Origin: Candidatus Dormiibacterota bacterium
GTDB taxonomy: Bacteria > Chloroflexota > Dormibacteria > Aeolococcales > Aeolococcaceae
Length of the DNA: 64,000 nt
Direction: 5' to 3'
NCBI GenBank assembly: GCA_963751755.1
Contig: CAVVVH010000007.1
Coordinates: forward strand, 43,556 to 107,555
Below the pieces are notes generated by a model. It was given only the letters and a program-made list of their open reading frames with translations, made no database searches and had not been told where the DNA came from. The position numbers and the translations under genes were made by a program. Shown one piece after another: positions 18,249-27,618 of this stretch (positions within the stretch are counted from its first letter, which is position 1; each line of letters starts with the position of its first letter).

Positions 18249-18857
18249 ATGGCAGCGCCGGACCAACCCGAGCTGGTCGTGGCCGACGCGGCGGCATGGC
18301 GCCGGTGGCTGGAGCTGAACCACGCCGACCCCACCGGCGTCTGGCTCGTGCTCGCCACCAAGGGAACGACGCAGCCGACGTCCCTGCGCTACGCGCAAGC
18401 CCTCGAGGAGGCGCTGTGCTTCGGCTGGATCGACGGCCAGGCCAAGCGCCGCGACGGCGCCACCTACCGTCAGCGCTTCACACCGCGGCGGGCGCGGAGC
18501 CAGTGGTCGCAGCGCAACGTCGGCATCGTCGGCCGCCTCACCGGCGAGGGTCGCATGCACGCCGCCGGGGTCGCCGAGGTGGAGCGCGCCCAGGCCGACG
18601 GCCGCTGGGCCGCTGCCTACGCGGGCCAGGCCGCGGCCCAGGTCCCGGATGACCTCGCCGCCGCCATCGCGGCGTCGCCGCGCGCCCAGGCGATGTTCGA
18701 CGCGCTGATCGCGCAGAACCGCTACTCGCTCATCCACAGGGTCGGCACCGCGCGCGATCCCGCCACCCGTGCCGCGCGCATCGAGCAGTTCGTGGTCATG
18801 CTCGAGCGTGGCGAGACGATCCACCCGCAGAAGCGCCGGCCTGTCGATTTCGGCTGA
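18249..18857 (+). CDS. YdeI/OmpD-associated family protein
   Basis: AAWRRWLELNHADPTGVWLVLATKG...SLRYAQALEEALCFGWIDGQ are present. The ATG at 18249 is in frame with ORF 17991..18857. Confidence 0.75.
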   Translation: MAAPDQPELVVADAAAWRRWLELNHADPTGVWLVLATKGTTQPTSLRYAQALEEALCFGWIDGQAKRRDGATYRQRFTPRRARSQWSQRNVGIVGRLTGEGRMHAAGVAEVERAQADGRWAAAYAGQAAAQVPDDLAAAIAASPRAQAMFDALIAQNRYSLIHRVGTARDPATRAARIEQFVVMLERGETIHPQKRRPVDFG

Positions 18858-18922
18858 GCGCTGCGTCGTCAGGTGTAGAGGGCGGCCACCACGGCGGCCC
18901 ACCATCGTGTGGAGGACGGCAG

Positions 18923-19273
18923 ATGCCGACGTACGTTTTTCTGCTCTGGCAGGACGAGAGCAAGGCCGAGCGGCCTGGGACCCCCGGCTTTGACACGGAA
19001 ATGGGGGCATACGGTGCGCTTCAGGAGGAGCTGATGAAGGCCGACGCCTTCAAGGCCGGTGACCCCCTTCAGCCGGCAACGACCGGCCAGTTGGTCCGCG
19101 TCCGCGACGGCAAGACCGAGGCCAGCAAGGGCACCTTCACGAGCGGGCCGGAGCAGCTGGTGGGCTTCTACCAGGTCGAGTGCACGGACGACGCCGACGC
19201 GGCCCGCTGGGCCGCCAAGATCCCGGCCGCGGCCAAAGGCGCGATCGAGGTCCGGCCCGTCTGGGCGATGTAG
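18923..19273 (+). CDS. YciI-family (DGPF domain) protein
   Basis: MPTYVFLLW...GFYQVECTDDADAARWAAKIP...IEVRPV is the YCII pattern. Confidence 0.8.
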   Translation: MPTYVFLLWQDESKAERPGTPGFDTEMGAYGALQEELMKADAFKAGDPLQPATTGQLVRVRDGKTEASKGTFTSGPEQLVGFYQVECTDDADAARWAAKIPAAAKGAIEVRPVWAM

Positions 19274-19394
19274 GGAGCGTCGGGCGGACGGACCGGCGCC
19301 GTGCCGGGCCGTCCGCGCTCCGTGCGCGGTGGCCGGTTCCGCCGCGCCCTACGATGTGCATTGCGCATCCACCGCCGTTCACCGAGGCGCACCA

Positions 19395-19727
19395 ATGAAG
19401 TACATCCTGTTGATCCGCTCCCCGGTCGACACACAGGAGCGGCCGGACGACATGCTGCCGCGCCATGCGGCGTTCGCCGAGGCGACCGCCAAGCGCGGCA
19501 AGCTGGTGGACGGCGCCGAGCTCGCCGACATCACCACCGCCACCACGCTGCGCCGCCAGGGCAGCGACACCATCGTCACCGACGGTCCGCACGCGGAGAC
19601 CAAGGAGCATCTCGGCGGCTACTACGTCATCGACTGCACCGACCTCGACGAGGCGATCGAGATCGGCCGCGAGGTGCCGCTCGTCGACGGCGCGTCGCTG
19701 GAGATCCGCCCGCTTGTCGAGCACTGA
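19395..19727 (+). CDS. YciI-family protein (second copy)
   Basis: MKYILLI...TDGPHAETKEHLGGYYVIDCTDLDEAIEIGREVP...LEIRPL are present. Confidence 0.85.
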   Translation: MKYILLIRSPVDTQERPDDMLPRHAAFAEATAKRGKLVDGAELADITTATTLRRQGSDTIVTDGPHAETKEHLGGYYVIDCTDLDEAIEIGREVPLVDGASLEIRPLVEH

Positions 19728-20977
19728 GCCTCAGCGCGCGGCGATCGCGGCCGACGCGCTCGTCGGTGTCTTCCGCGGCGAGGCGGCGCGCGTCGTCGCC
19801 ACCCTGACGCGCCTGCTCGGCGACATCGATCTCGCTGAGGACGCCGTGCAGGAGGCGCTCACCGCCGCGGTCGGCGCGCTGGCCGCGCGACGGCACGCCG
19901 GACCGTCCCGGCGCGTGGCTCATGACCACCGCTCGCAACAAGGCGCTCGACGCGCTGCGGCGCGAGCGCACCCAGGCCACTGCGCGCGAGGCGGCGCTGC
20001 GGCTGCACCTCGACGACGAGAGCGATCCGACCTCGCCGTTCGACGGCACGCCGTTCCCTGACGACCGGCTCGCGCTCCTCTTCACGTGCTGCCACCCGGC
20101 GCTGGCGGGCGACGCGCGCGTCGCGCTGACGCTGCGCCTCATCGGCGGCCTGACCACGCCGGAGATCGCTCGCGCATTCCTGGTGCAGGAGTCGACGATG
20201 GCGCAGCGCCTGGTGCGCGCCAAGCACAAGATCCGCGCCGCGCGCATCCCGATCCGCGTGCCGCCCCAGCCGCTGCTGGCCGAGCGGTTGCCGTCAGTGC
20301 TGGCTGTGATCTACCTCATCTTCAACGAGGGCTACCTGGCGACGAGCGGCGACGACGTGGTGCGGCAGTCGCTGTGCGACGAGGCCATCCGCCTCGCGCG
20401 GCTGACGGCGAGCCTCATGCCCGATGAGCCGGAGGCGGCGGGGTTGCTGGCGCTGCTGCTGCTCACCCACAGCCGGCACGCGGAGCGGCAGGGCGGCAGC
20501 GGCGAGCTGCGCCTGCTGCGCGAGCAGGATCGGTCGCGGTGGGACCACGCGATGATCGCCGAGGGTCGCGCCGTCCTCCAGCGTGCCCTCGCGCAGCGCC
20601 GTCCCGGTCGCTACCAGGTGGAGGCGGCCATCGCGGCGGTGCACAGCGAATCGTCGTCGGTCGGCGCAACCGACTGGGCACAGATCGCCGACCTGTACGC
20701 CACGCTGCGCGAGATCGCGCCGTCGGCGGTGGCGGCCCTCAACCACGCTGTGGCGATCGCCGAGTTGGGATCCCCCGCAGCAGGACTCGCGCTGGCTGAC
20801 GATGTCTCCGAAGCGCTCGACACGTACCACCTTCTCCACTCCGCGCGAGCGGAGCTGCTGGTGCGGCTCGGTCGCACGCGCGAGGCTGTGGCGGCGTACG
20901 ACCGGGCACTCGAGCTGGTCACCAATGACGCCGAACGCGCGCACCTGGTGCGACGGCGCGACGACGCCTCGCGCTGA
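19714..20977 (+). pseudogene. ECF-type sigma factor with long C-terminal helical (DUF6596-like) domain, one frame break
   Basis: The N-terminus VFRGEAARVVATLTRLLGDIDLAEDAVQEAL is in the frame of a TTG at 19714. The continuation WPRDGTPDRPGAWLMTTARNKALDALRRE...LLFTCCHPAL...TTPEIARAFLVQESTMAQRLVRAK is in the +1 frame (ORF 19922..20977). The break is at ~19868-19880. This is the usual partner of YciI genes. Confidence 0.8.
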
Positions 20978-21032
20978 AACTCACAGCAAACTCCCAGCGG
21001 TCGCCACGTACATCATTCATACAATTGTTGGC

Positions 21033-21254
21033 ATGGCAGAAGACGCACAACCCGTCCACCCGACCCATCTCCATACCTGCGGCCACTGCGGCGCCGACAT
21101 CCAGGGTCAGCTGGAGTGGCCCGTGGGCCCGCTCGGCGGCAAGCAGGACTTCGAGGTCACGTGCCCGTCGTGTGGCAACACCATCGCGGTGACTGTCGAG
21201 AACGACGAGTGGGTGAGCGACAAGCTGGTGCACGAGGGCGAGGCCAAGCTCTAA
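21033..21254 (+). CDS. Hypothetical zinc-ribbon protein (73 aa)
   Basis: Two CxxC pairs are present (CGHCG...CPSCG). It is preceded by an unusually AT-rich stretch containing TACAAT (21019-21024). Coding bias is good. Confidence 0.55.
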   Translation: MAEDAQPVHPTHLHTCGHCGADIQGQLEWPVGPLGGKQDFEVTCPSCGNTIAVTVENDEWVSDKLVHEGEAKL

Positions 21255-21337
21255 CTCTCAGCGGCGCGTCACGACCACCGGATCGTCACGGGCCCGGCGG
21301 CCGGACGGCGACAGCTCCGGCGCCATGCTGACACGTC

Positions 21338-22219
21338 ATGTCAGCCGTCCTTCGCAAGCCGCCCGACGCGGACCTGTGGCGCGCGGCTCACGCCGGCGAG
21401 GACATCCACGAGATGGATGGCGTCGCCTTCGAGAGCCTGATCTCGGTGGCGCTGCGGGAGTACGGCTACGACGTCGACCTCACAGAGCGGTACGACAGGG
21501 GCGCCGACATCGTGGCCACCCGTGACGGCCGCCGCACGTCGATCCAGGTGAAGAGGGCGAGCCAATCCGTCACCGAGGCCGCGGTGGACCAGGCTGTCCG
21601 TGGCAGGTCCGCATACGAATGCACGCACGCGATGGTGATCACCAACTCGCTCTACACCCCGGCGGCACGGAGGCATGCCGAGGAGTTGGGCGTGGTGCTG
21701 TGGGACCACGAGGACCTCGCCAACCTCCTGCACGCAACCGGAATCGCTCCGTTGACCTCCGCATCGGCGCCGCGGTGTTCGTCGTGCGCCGTGGCCATGG
21801 AGTACACCTGGCGACCGCGTCCGTCGTGGCGATGCGCCGGCTGCGGCGTCCAGGCGCCCTACCGGCGATGGGCGCTGCGTGTCACCGCTCGTTCGTGCAA
21901 TGAGGGGAGCCCTCTTCCACTCGTGCCACCGTCACCACCACCGCAACCGCGACCGGCGGCTGCCCCAGCACAGTCCGGCCCGTTGACTGAGCTCAAGCTC
22001 GGCGCCGCCCTGGCCGCGCTGGTGTTCGGCTGGATGTGCGTCGTCGCAGCCGGCATCGCGGTGCTCGAGTACGGTTCGCCCAGCCAATCCACGCAGCGCG
22101 GTGCGGTGCTGTTTCTTCTCGCCCTGCTCGCCATCCCCACGGTCGCCGGCACGAGGAGGCTGTTCAGGGCTCGCCGGCGGATTCGCGGAGTGCAGAGGAC
22201 GCGTCCGGCGACGCGTTGA
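21338..22219 (+). CDS. Mrr-type restriction-endonuclease domain protein fused to a zinc ribbon and a C-terminal TM hairpin
   Basis: GVAFESLISVALREYGYDV...DRGADIVA...TSIQVKR carries the PD-(D/E)xK motifs D...QxK of Mrr_cat. CSSC...CAGCG is a zinc ribbon. A Pro-rich linker and two hydrophobic helices follow (LGAALAALVFGWMCVVAAGIAVL; AVLFLLALLAIPTVAG). Confidence 0.7.
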   Translation: MSAVLRKPPDADLWRAAHAGEDIHEMDGVAFESLISVALREYGYDVDLTERYDRGADIVATRDGRRTSIQVKRASQSVTEAAVDQAVRGRSAYECTHAMVITNSLYTPAARRHAEELGVVLWDHEDLANLLHATGIAPLTSASAPRCSSCAVAMEYTWRPRPSWRCAGCGVQAPYRRWALRVTARSCNEGSPLPLVPPSPPPQPRPAAAPAQSGPLTELKLGAALAALVFGWMCVVAAGIAVLEYGSPSQSTQRGAVLFLLALLAIPTVAGTRRLFRARRRIRGVQRTRPATR

Positions 22220-22405
22220 CGGCGCCGGCGGTGCAGTCATCCTTCACGATGCACCGGTGAGCACGCAGACCAAGCTGCTGATCGCCGGCATCATCCTGGC
22301 GTCGGTGGCCGGACTCGTCCTGTCAGCGCTGCTGGCGTTCTCCACCACTCCCGGGTAGCGCGCACCGCTGGCGCACTCCATCGGAGCGCCGTAGACTGAC
22401 CTGAC

Positions 22406-23173
22406 ATGCCAACTCGCGAGGCTCCGCCCGACGAGACGGCGCCTCACCAGGGGGCACCACACGTGTACAGGAAGCTGCCGAACAGCCGGACGTGGATGTT
22501 CCTGTACACAACCGGTGTGCTGCTCATCCTCATCGGATTGGGCTCCTCGTTCATCGCCTTCGACCACGGCGGCACGCTGTTCAGCGGGTACGACCAGCTT
22601 CGCTACGGGTTCATCGCCGCGTGGTTCGGGATGCTCGGTGGCGTGGCCATCAGCTACAAGGGCATCATCGACCACCGCGTCGCCAGCCAGTGGGACAGCG
22701 GCTGGATCCTCTGGTACATCGTGCGACCGTTCAACGGCTTCATCGTCGGCGTTCTGACCTTGGCGCTGCTCGCGGTCGTCAATACCGCGGCGCTGCCGTC
22801 GATTCCCGCTCTCGCCGTGGCGTGCTTCACTCTCGGCACTCAGGAGCGGCGTTTCTTCGCCTTCTTGTACGAGGTGGCCAAGCTGGTGCTCAACACTCCC
22901 AATGACACTGGCGGCGGGTCGCTGCAGATCAACAAGCTCACCCCCACGGCGGGAGGCGCAAGCACGCTGCTCATCATCGAGGGCGCGGGCTTCCAGAAGG
23001 GCGCGACCGTGTCCATCGGCGGTACCGAGGTCGCCACCGCCACGGTGTCCTCGGACGGCACCTCCATCGCCGTCGTCACGCCCGGTGGCCTGACGGCGGG
23101 CGACCTCGCCGTGCTGGTGACCAATCCGGACAACACCGCGCTGCGCGCGGCGACGAAGTTCAAGTACAGCTAG
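22406..23173 (+). CDS. Membrane protein (about 4 TM) with a C-terminal IPT/TIG domain
   Basis: N-terminal hydrophobic helices are followed by LQINKLTPTAGGASTLLIIEGAGFQKGATVSIGGTEVATATVSSDGTSIAVVTPGGLTAGDLAVLVTNPDN, an IPT/TIG Ig-like fold pattern. Confidence 0.65.
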   Translation: MPTREAPPDETAPHQGAPHVYRKLPNSRTWMFLYTTGVLLILIGLGSSFIAFDHGGTLFSGYDQLRYGFIAAWFGMLGGVAISYKGIIDHRVASQWDSGWILWYIVRPFNGFIVGVLTLALLAVVNTAALPSIPALAVACFTLGTQERRFFAFLYEVAKLVLNTPNDTGGGSLQINKLTPTAGGASTLLIIEGAGFQKGATVSIGGTEVATATVSSDGTSIAVVTPGGLTAGDLAVLVTNPDNTALRAATKFKYS

Positions 23174-23322
23174 GCCGTACTGCTCACCCCGGGGCGGCGA
23201 TGAGCGTGACCGGGGTTTGACCCAGCTCCCCGCGACCGGTAGGATGCCGCCGACTGGCCGTCCGCTTCCGTCACCCACCGGGTGCAGCCTCGGGAGCGCC
23301 CTGGCTCACTCGAGGGGGGAAC

Positions 23323-25116
23323 ATGATGCGAAGGTTCACACCACTCGCGGGAATCATCCTGGCCCTGGCGCTGTTCGCCGGGTCACACCAGCTGGCGGCG
23401 CGGGCCGCCACCAACTGGCCGGCGACGTGCGCGACATTGCAGGCGGTGCTCAACGCGCCCACCACGCTGGCAGGCGACACGGTGACCCTCAGCAACGCGG
23501 GCGTCCCGTGCACGGCGCCCACGATCACCTACCCCGTGGCCCTGCCCAACAAGCAGCTGACCATCGCCGGCGCCACCTCGAGCGACGGCTTCAACGGCCA
23601 GGGCGCCGCGCAGCTGATGACCGGCACCAACGTCGGCGCCACGGTGATCACCAACCTCACCTTCGAGAACGGTCACGTGAGCGGGTACGGCGCGGCGATC
23701 CTCGTCGACGGCAGTCAGAACCTGACCATCAGCAAGTGCAAGTTCCTCGGCAACAGCGCCACCGGCACAGGTGCGGTCGACATCGGCACCGGCAACGGGG
23801 GCACGCTCACGATGACCGGCAACACCTTCGGCGGCACGGCTGCTGGAGCACCCAACACCTCCAGCGGACAGTACCCGGGGGCGGTCTGGATCGATTCCAA
23901 CAACGACGTCGTGATGTCGAACAACAGCTTCATCGACAACAAGAGCAACGGTGGCAACAACGGTGATGGCGGGGCCGGCGCCGTGTTCGTCATCTCCCGC
24001 ACCAGCGGAGCCAACATCACGCTCTCCGGCAACACGGTGAGTGGCAACAGCGAGACCGTCGCCGGTGGCATCGGCGGCGGAGTGACACTGGAAGGCAAGA
24101 ACCTGACCGTCACCGGCAACAGCTTCACCGGCAACAGCATCGGCTCAGGCAGCAGCGGCGGTATGGGCAACTTTGGTGGCGGCCTCGCCGTCATCAACAC
24201 CGCGACAGGGGCCACGCTGAACCAGTCGCACAACCTGTTCACGAACAACCACATCGGTTCGTTCAGCTACACCGGGGCCCGGGCAGAGGCGTACTTCGGC
24301 GGCGGGGGCGAGTTCGTGCAGATGAAAACCATCTCGAGCTTCGACGACACGTTCATGGGCAACACAGTCGACGGTGGCGTGGGGTTGAGCACGTCGGTTG
24401 GCGGCGGGCTGGGCCTGGAAGGTAACGGCAGCGGCGGCACCACGGCGACGCTGACGGCGGCCAACCTGGTGGCTACTGGCAACTCCGTGCAGACATCTGC
24501 GGACGGCGAGGCCAACGGCGGTGGAATCTATGCCGGGTTCGGTGCCGGTTGCTTCGTCTCGCTCTGCCCCGCCGAGGTCGACCTCTTCAACTCCACCATC
24601 ACGGGCAACAGCGCCAACAACGGTCCGGGGATGTCGGGCGGGGTGGCCACCGATGTCGGCAAGGTCACCAACTCGATCGTGTACGGCAACACCGGCAACG
24701 CGGCGCAGATCAGCTTCGGCAGCCTGACGGTGACGTCGAGCGACAGCTGCAGCGCCGCCGCCACCGCGTACACGGGCAGCGGCAACATCTGCGCCGACCC
24801 CAAGCTGGTCGACCCGGCAGCGGGCGATGTCCATGAGAGCGCGAGCAGCCCGACGGTCAATGCCGGCAACAACTCGCTGATTCCCGCGGGCCTGACCACC
24901 GACTACTACGGCGCGGCACGCGTCAGCGGCGGCACCGTCGACATCGGGGCCGCCGAGTTCCAGAGCGTCACAACGACACCGCCCGTACCGGCAGCGGGTG
25001 CCGCGTCGGGCACAGCGGTCCCGGCCGGCATCGGCCTGCTGCTGTTCGGTGGAGCGGTCCTCGCGATCCTCGGCTGCGGCGTCGCGCTCCGGCGGAGGCG
25101 CAGCACCGAGCCCTAG
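23323..25116 (+). CDS. Secreted right-handed beta-helix (Pmp-like GGxI/FxxN repeat) protein with a C-terminal TM anchor
   Basis: The signal peptide is MMRRFTPLAGIILALALFAGSHQLAARA. Repeats such as ITNLTFENG, LTISKCKFLGNSA, LTMTGNTFGG, ITLSGNTVSGNS, LTVTGNSFTGNS and FNSTITGNSA are present. The tail is TTPPVPAAG...GIGLLLFGGAVLAILGCGVALRRRRSTEP. Confidence 0.75.
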   Translation: MMRRFTPLAGIILALALFAGSHQLAARAATNWPATCATLQAVLNAPTTLAGDTVTLSNAGVPCTAPTITYPVALPNKQLTIAGATSSDGFNGQGAAQLMTGTNVGATVITNLTFENGHVSGYGAAILVDGSQNLTISKCKFLGNSATGTGAVDIGTGNGGTLTMTGNTFGGTAAGAPNTSSGQYPGAVWIDSNNDVVMSNNSFIDNKSNGGNNGDGGAGAVFVISRTSGANITLSGNTVSGNSETVAGGIGGGVTLEGKNLTVTGNSFTGNSIGSGSSGGMGNFGGGLAVINTATGATLNQSHNLFTNNHIGSFSYTGARAEAYFGGGGEFVQMKTISSFDDTFMGNTVDGGVGLSTSVGGGLGLEGNGSGGTTATLTAANLVATGNSVQTSADGEANGGGIYAGFGAGCFVSLCPAEVDLFNSTITGNSANNGPGMSGGVATDVGKVTNSIVYGNTGNAAQISFGSLTVTSSDSCSAAATAYTGSGNICADPKLVDPAAGDVHESASSPTVNAGNNSLIPAGLTTDYYGAARVSGGTVDIGAAEFQSVTTTPPVPAAGAASGTAVPAGIGLLLFGGAVLAILGCGVALRRRRSTEP

Positions 25117-25136
25117 AACCCCGCTGACGCGGATGG

Positions 25137-25619
25137 CTAGGCTGCGGCAGCCGCCTTGGCGAACGCGTCGAGGCCGACCTGCCAGCCGTCCTTGTTGCCC
25201 ACCATGTCGCGGTGGTGCTCCCAGCCGTCGCCATGCGCGTCGAGCTTGCTGTGCTCGAGCACCACGTGCGTGCGCCGCGGGCCGTCGGCGGTGAAGGTCA
25301 CCTCGACCTCGCTGCTCCTGCTGGGATCGCTCTCGAGCTGGAAGTCGTTGCTGATGTCCCAGCTGAACACCAGGCGGTGCGGCGGGTCGTAGGCGAGCAC
25401 CCGTGCCCAGCGGCTCTCCGTGCCGTCGGTCGCGCGGTCGTAGATGTTGCCGCCGACCCGCGGCTCGAACACCATCTCTGCGAGCTCGCCCTGCAGGATG
25501 TGATGGGTCGACGGCCACCATGTGCCCATCTCCTGCGTGAAGACCGCGAACGCGCGCTCGATGGGCAACTCGACCGTCACGGTGGCACGAACCGAGGTGC
25601 CGGCTGTCTGCGTTGTCAT
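25137..25619 (-). CDS. SRPBCC/AHSA1 (activator of Hsp90 ATPase homolog 1-like) family protein
   Basis: ELPIERAFAVFTQEMGTWWP...GGNIYDR...RWARVLAYDPPHRLVFSW... is present. There is a 4-nt overlap with the upstream ArsR gene. Confidence 0.8.
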   Translation of the reverse strand: MTTQTAGTSVRATVTVELPIERAFAVFTQEMGTWWPSTHHILQGELAEMVFEPRVGGNIYDRATDGTESRWARVLAYDPPHRLVFSWDISNDFQLESDPSRSSEVEVTFTADGPRRTHVVLEHSKLDAHGDGWEHHRDMVGNKDGWQVGLDAFAKAAAAA

Positions 25620-25930
25620 GGGGTCTCCTCCTCCGGGCTTTCCGCTGCTGTCTTGAAAGCGCCCAGGGCGCTGGTCCAGAACGTGTCGAAGTAGGCGCGC
25701 AGGTCGGCGAGCCCGCGCGGGTCGATGCTGTACAGGCGGCGGTTGGCCACCGGGCGGTCGCGCACCAGTCCGGCGTGCTTGAGGACGCGCAGGTGCTGCG
25801 AGACCGCGGGGCGGCTCACCGGCAGGCCGCGGGCGATGGTGCCGACAGGGAGCGGCCCCCCGGCCAGGCGCTCGAAGATGGCCCGGCGCGTCGGGTCCCC
25901 GAGGGCGGTCATCGCTTCTGCGTTAGCCAT
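25616..25930 (-). CDS. ArsR/SmtB family transcriptional regulator
   Basis: ALGDPTRRAIFERLAGGPLPVGTIARGLPVSRPAVSQHLRVLKHAGLV is the canonical ArsR wHTH. Confidence 0.9.
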   Translation of the reverse strand: MANAEAMTALGDPTRRAIFERLAGGPLPVGTIARGLPVSRPAVSQHLRVLKHAGLVRDRPVANRRLYSIDPRGLADLRAYFDTFWTSALGAFKTAAESPEEETP

Positions 25931-25989
25931 AACTTACGGTAAGTGTAGGCGCACATACGGCGCGCGTCAACTGGAACGGCTGGGCTCTC

Positions 25990-26050
25990 CTGACCACCTC
26001 GTCCGCGCCGCCGATGCGGCGCTCTACCAGGCCAAGCGCGAGGGACCCGC
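25990..26050 (+). pseudogene. Remnant of the extreme C-terminus of a GGDEF (diguanylate cyclase) domain
   Basis: The reading frame gives SPDHLVRAADAALYQAKREG, the very conserved last helix of GGDEF domains. Nothing upstream of it resembles the rest of the domain. Confidence 0.35.
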
Positions 26051-26216
26051 GCCGCAGCGCGGGCGCGCATCCGCGCCGATCAGCCGTCCGCCCAGGCTGC
26101 CTGACATCGATCCCCTCTCCACAGAGGCCGGTGCTCCTCGCCGCTGAACGGCGGCTCGGGGGCCCGGCCTCTTCTCTGTGCGCCGGCCTGTCACGATTGC
26201 CTCGAGGAGGCCAGCC

Positions 26217-26375
26217 ATGAATCTTTCGCGGATGCTCTACCGCGCGGCCCGGGTCTCGCGCGACCTCGAGGCTGTCAGCAGCGGCAACCCTCGCCGGATC
26301 AGCCGTCGCGCCAAGAACAAGATCATCGGCAGAGCGCTGGGTCGCGCCGGCATCTGGCGCCGTCTCTGGAAGTAG
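26217..26375 (+). CDS. Hypothetical small basic protein (52 aa)
   Basis: The ATG is preceded by GAGGAGG with a 7-nt spacer. MNLSRMLYRAARVSRDLEAVSSGNPRRISRRAKNKIIGRALGRAGIWRRLWK is Arg/Lys-rich. Confidence 0.55.
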   Translation: MNLSRMLYRAARVSRDLEAVSSGNPRRISRRAKNKIIGRALGRAGIWRRLWK

Positions 26376-26478
26376 CCGGCCGCGCCATTCCCTCGCCGCT
26401 CCTTACCACCTCCATAACCCTCGCGGTGGTGTCCTGTGCCCGGCGCTGTAGGGACGGCACGAGGCGAGGAGGAGACGG

Positions 26479-27579
26479 ATGGATGCTCGGAGCAAGCGCA
26501 GAGGCCTGGTGATGGCGGCATCCCTGGGCGTCGCGGCCGTGTTGGCCGGGTGTTCCAGCTCGCCGAGCACCAGCTCGACGGCATCCGCGACGGCGGCGGC
26601 CGCGGCTGGCGTGATCGCCACCTCCAAGCAGAGCGGCGAGACCCTCGACCGCCTTCTCGCCCCCCCGGGGTGGACCATCTCGCTGTGGGCCGTTGGTGGT
26701 GCCAAGTACTCCAACCCCAACTCGATCGAGAAGGACGGCAGCAGCATCTGGGTCGGCTACCAGAACGTCACCGCCAAGGACGGCAGCGACGGCAAGACCA
26801 GCACCATCGTCGAGTACACGCTGGACGGCAAGGTGATGAAGACGTGGACCGTGCCGGGGCACACGGATGGGCTGCGCATCGATCCCTCGACTCACAAGGC
26901 GTGGGTCACGTCCAACGAGGACGGCAACCCCGCGCTCAACATCATCGATCCCACCAGCGCGACGCCGACAGCCATCACGCTCGCGCCGACCGCGCATGGC
27001 GGCGGGTACGACGACCTCGCATTCGTCGGCGGGGCGACGTACATCGCGTGCTCCAACCCGACGGTCGATGCCAACGGCAACAACGTCTTCCCTGCCGTTG
27101 ACAAGATCACCATCAGTGGGACGACCGCAACCGTCACGCCGGTCCTCATGGGCAACGCCAAGGCGACGGACACCGTTGCCAACGCCGCCACCACGCTCAA
27201 CCTCACCGACCCCGATTCGTTCACGGTGGACCCGAGCGGAAACCTGGTCCTCGTCTCGCAGGCCAACTCGGCGCTGATCACCATCCAGAACCCGGGTGCG
27301 TCGAACCAGGCGGTGACCAAGACCCCGATCGGCAATCAAGAAGACGACACGGTGTGGGCCACTGCGAACTCCGGGACGCTCTACGTCACCGATGCGGGCA
27401 AGAACGCCGTCTACACGGTGAAGTGGTCAGGGCCCAAGGGGACGGTGTTCACCGAGGCGCCCAACGACTTCGGCGTGGTGGGTTTCATCGGCACCATCGA
27501 CCTCACCACCGGTTTCATCACCCCGGTCAGCACGGGGTGGAGCAAGCCGACCGGGCTGCTGTTCGTCCCGGCTTCGTGA
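26479..27579 (+). CDS. Lipoprotein, probable beta-propeller fold, unknown function
   Basis: A GAGGAGGAG RBS, a signal peptide and the lipobox LAGCSS are present. The body is Thr/Gly/Asn-rich with repeated ...DG...V.. strands. Confidence 0.7.
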   Translation: MDARSKRRGLVMAASLGVAAVLAGCSSSPSTSSTASATAAAAAGVIATSKQSGETLDRLLAPPGWTISLWAVGGAKYSNPNSIEKDGSSIWVGYQNVTAKDGSDGKTSTIVEYTLDGKVMKTWTVPGHTDGLRIDPSTHKAWVTSNEDGNPALNIIDPTSATPTAITLAPTAHGGGYDDLAFVGGATYIACSNPTVDANGNNVFPAVDKITISGTTATVTPVLMGNAKATDTVANAATTLNLTDPDSFTVDPSGNLVLVSQANSALITIQNPGASNQAVTKTPIGNQEDDTVWATANSGTLYVTDAGKNAVYTVKWSGPKGTVFTEAPNDFGVVGFIGTIDLTTGFITPVSTGWSKPTGLLFVPAS

Positions 27580-27585
27580 CCGCCT

Positions 27586-27618
27586 GACGGGCGCTCCCTC
27601 TCCCCGGGAGCGCCCGTC
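27586..27618 (+). terminator. Perfect 13-bp stem hairpin 7 nt after the lipoprotein stop
   Basis: The hairpin is GACGGGCGCTCCC-tctcccc-GGGAGCGCCCGTC. There is no T tract, as is common in high-GC actinobacteria. Confidence 0.55.
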
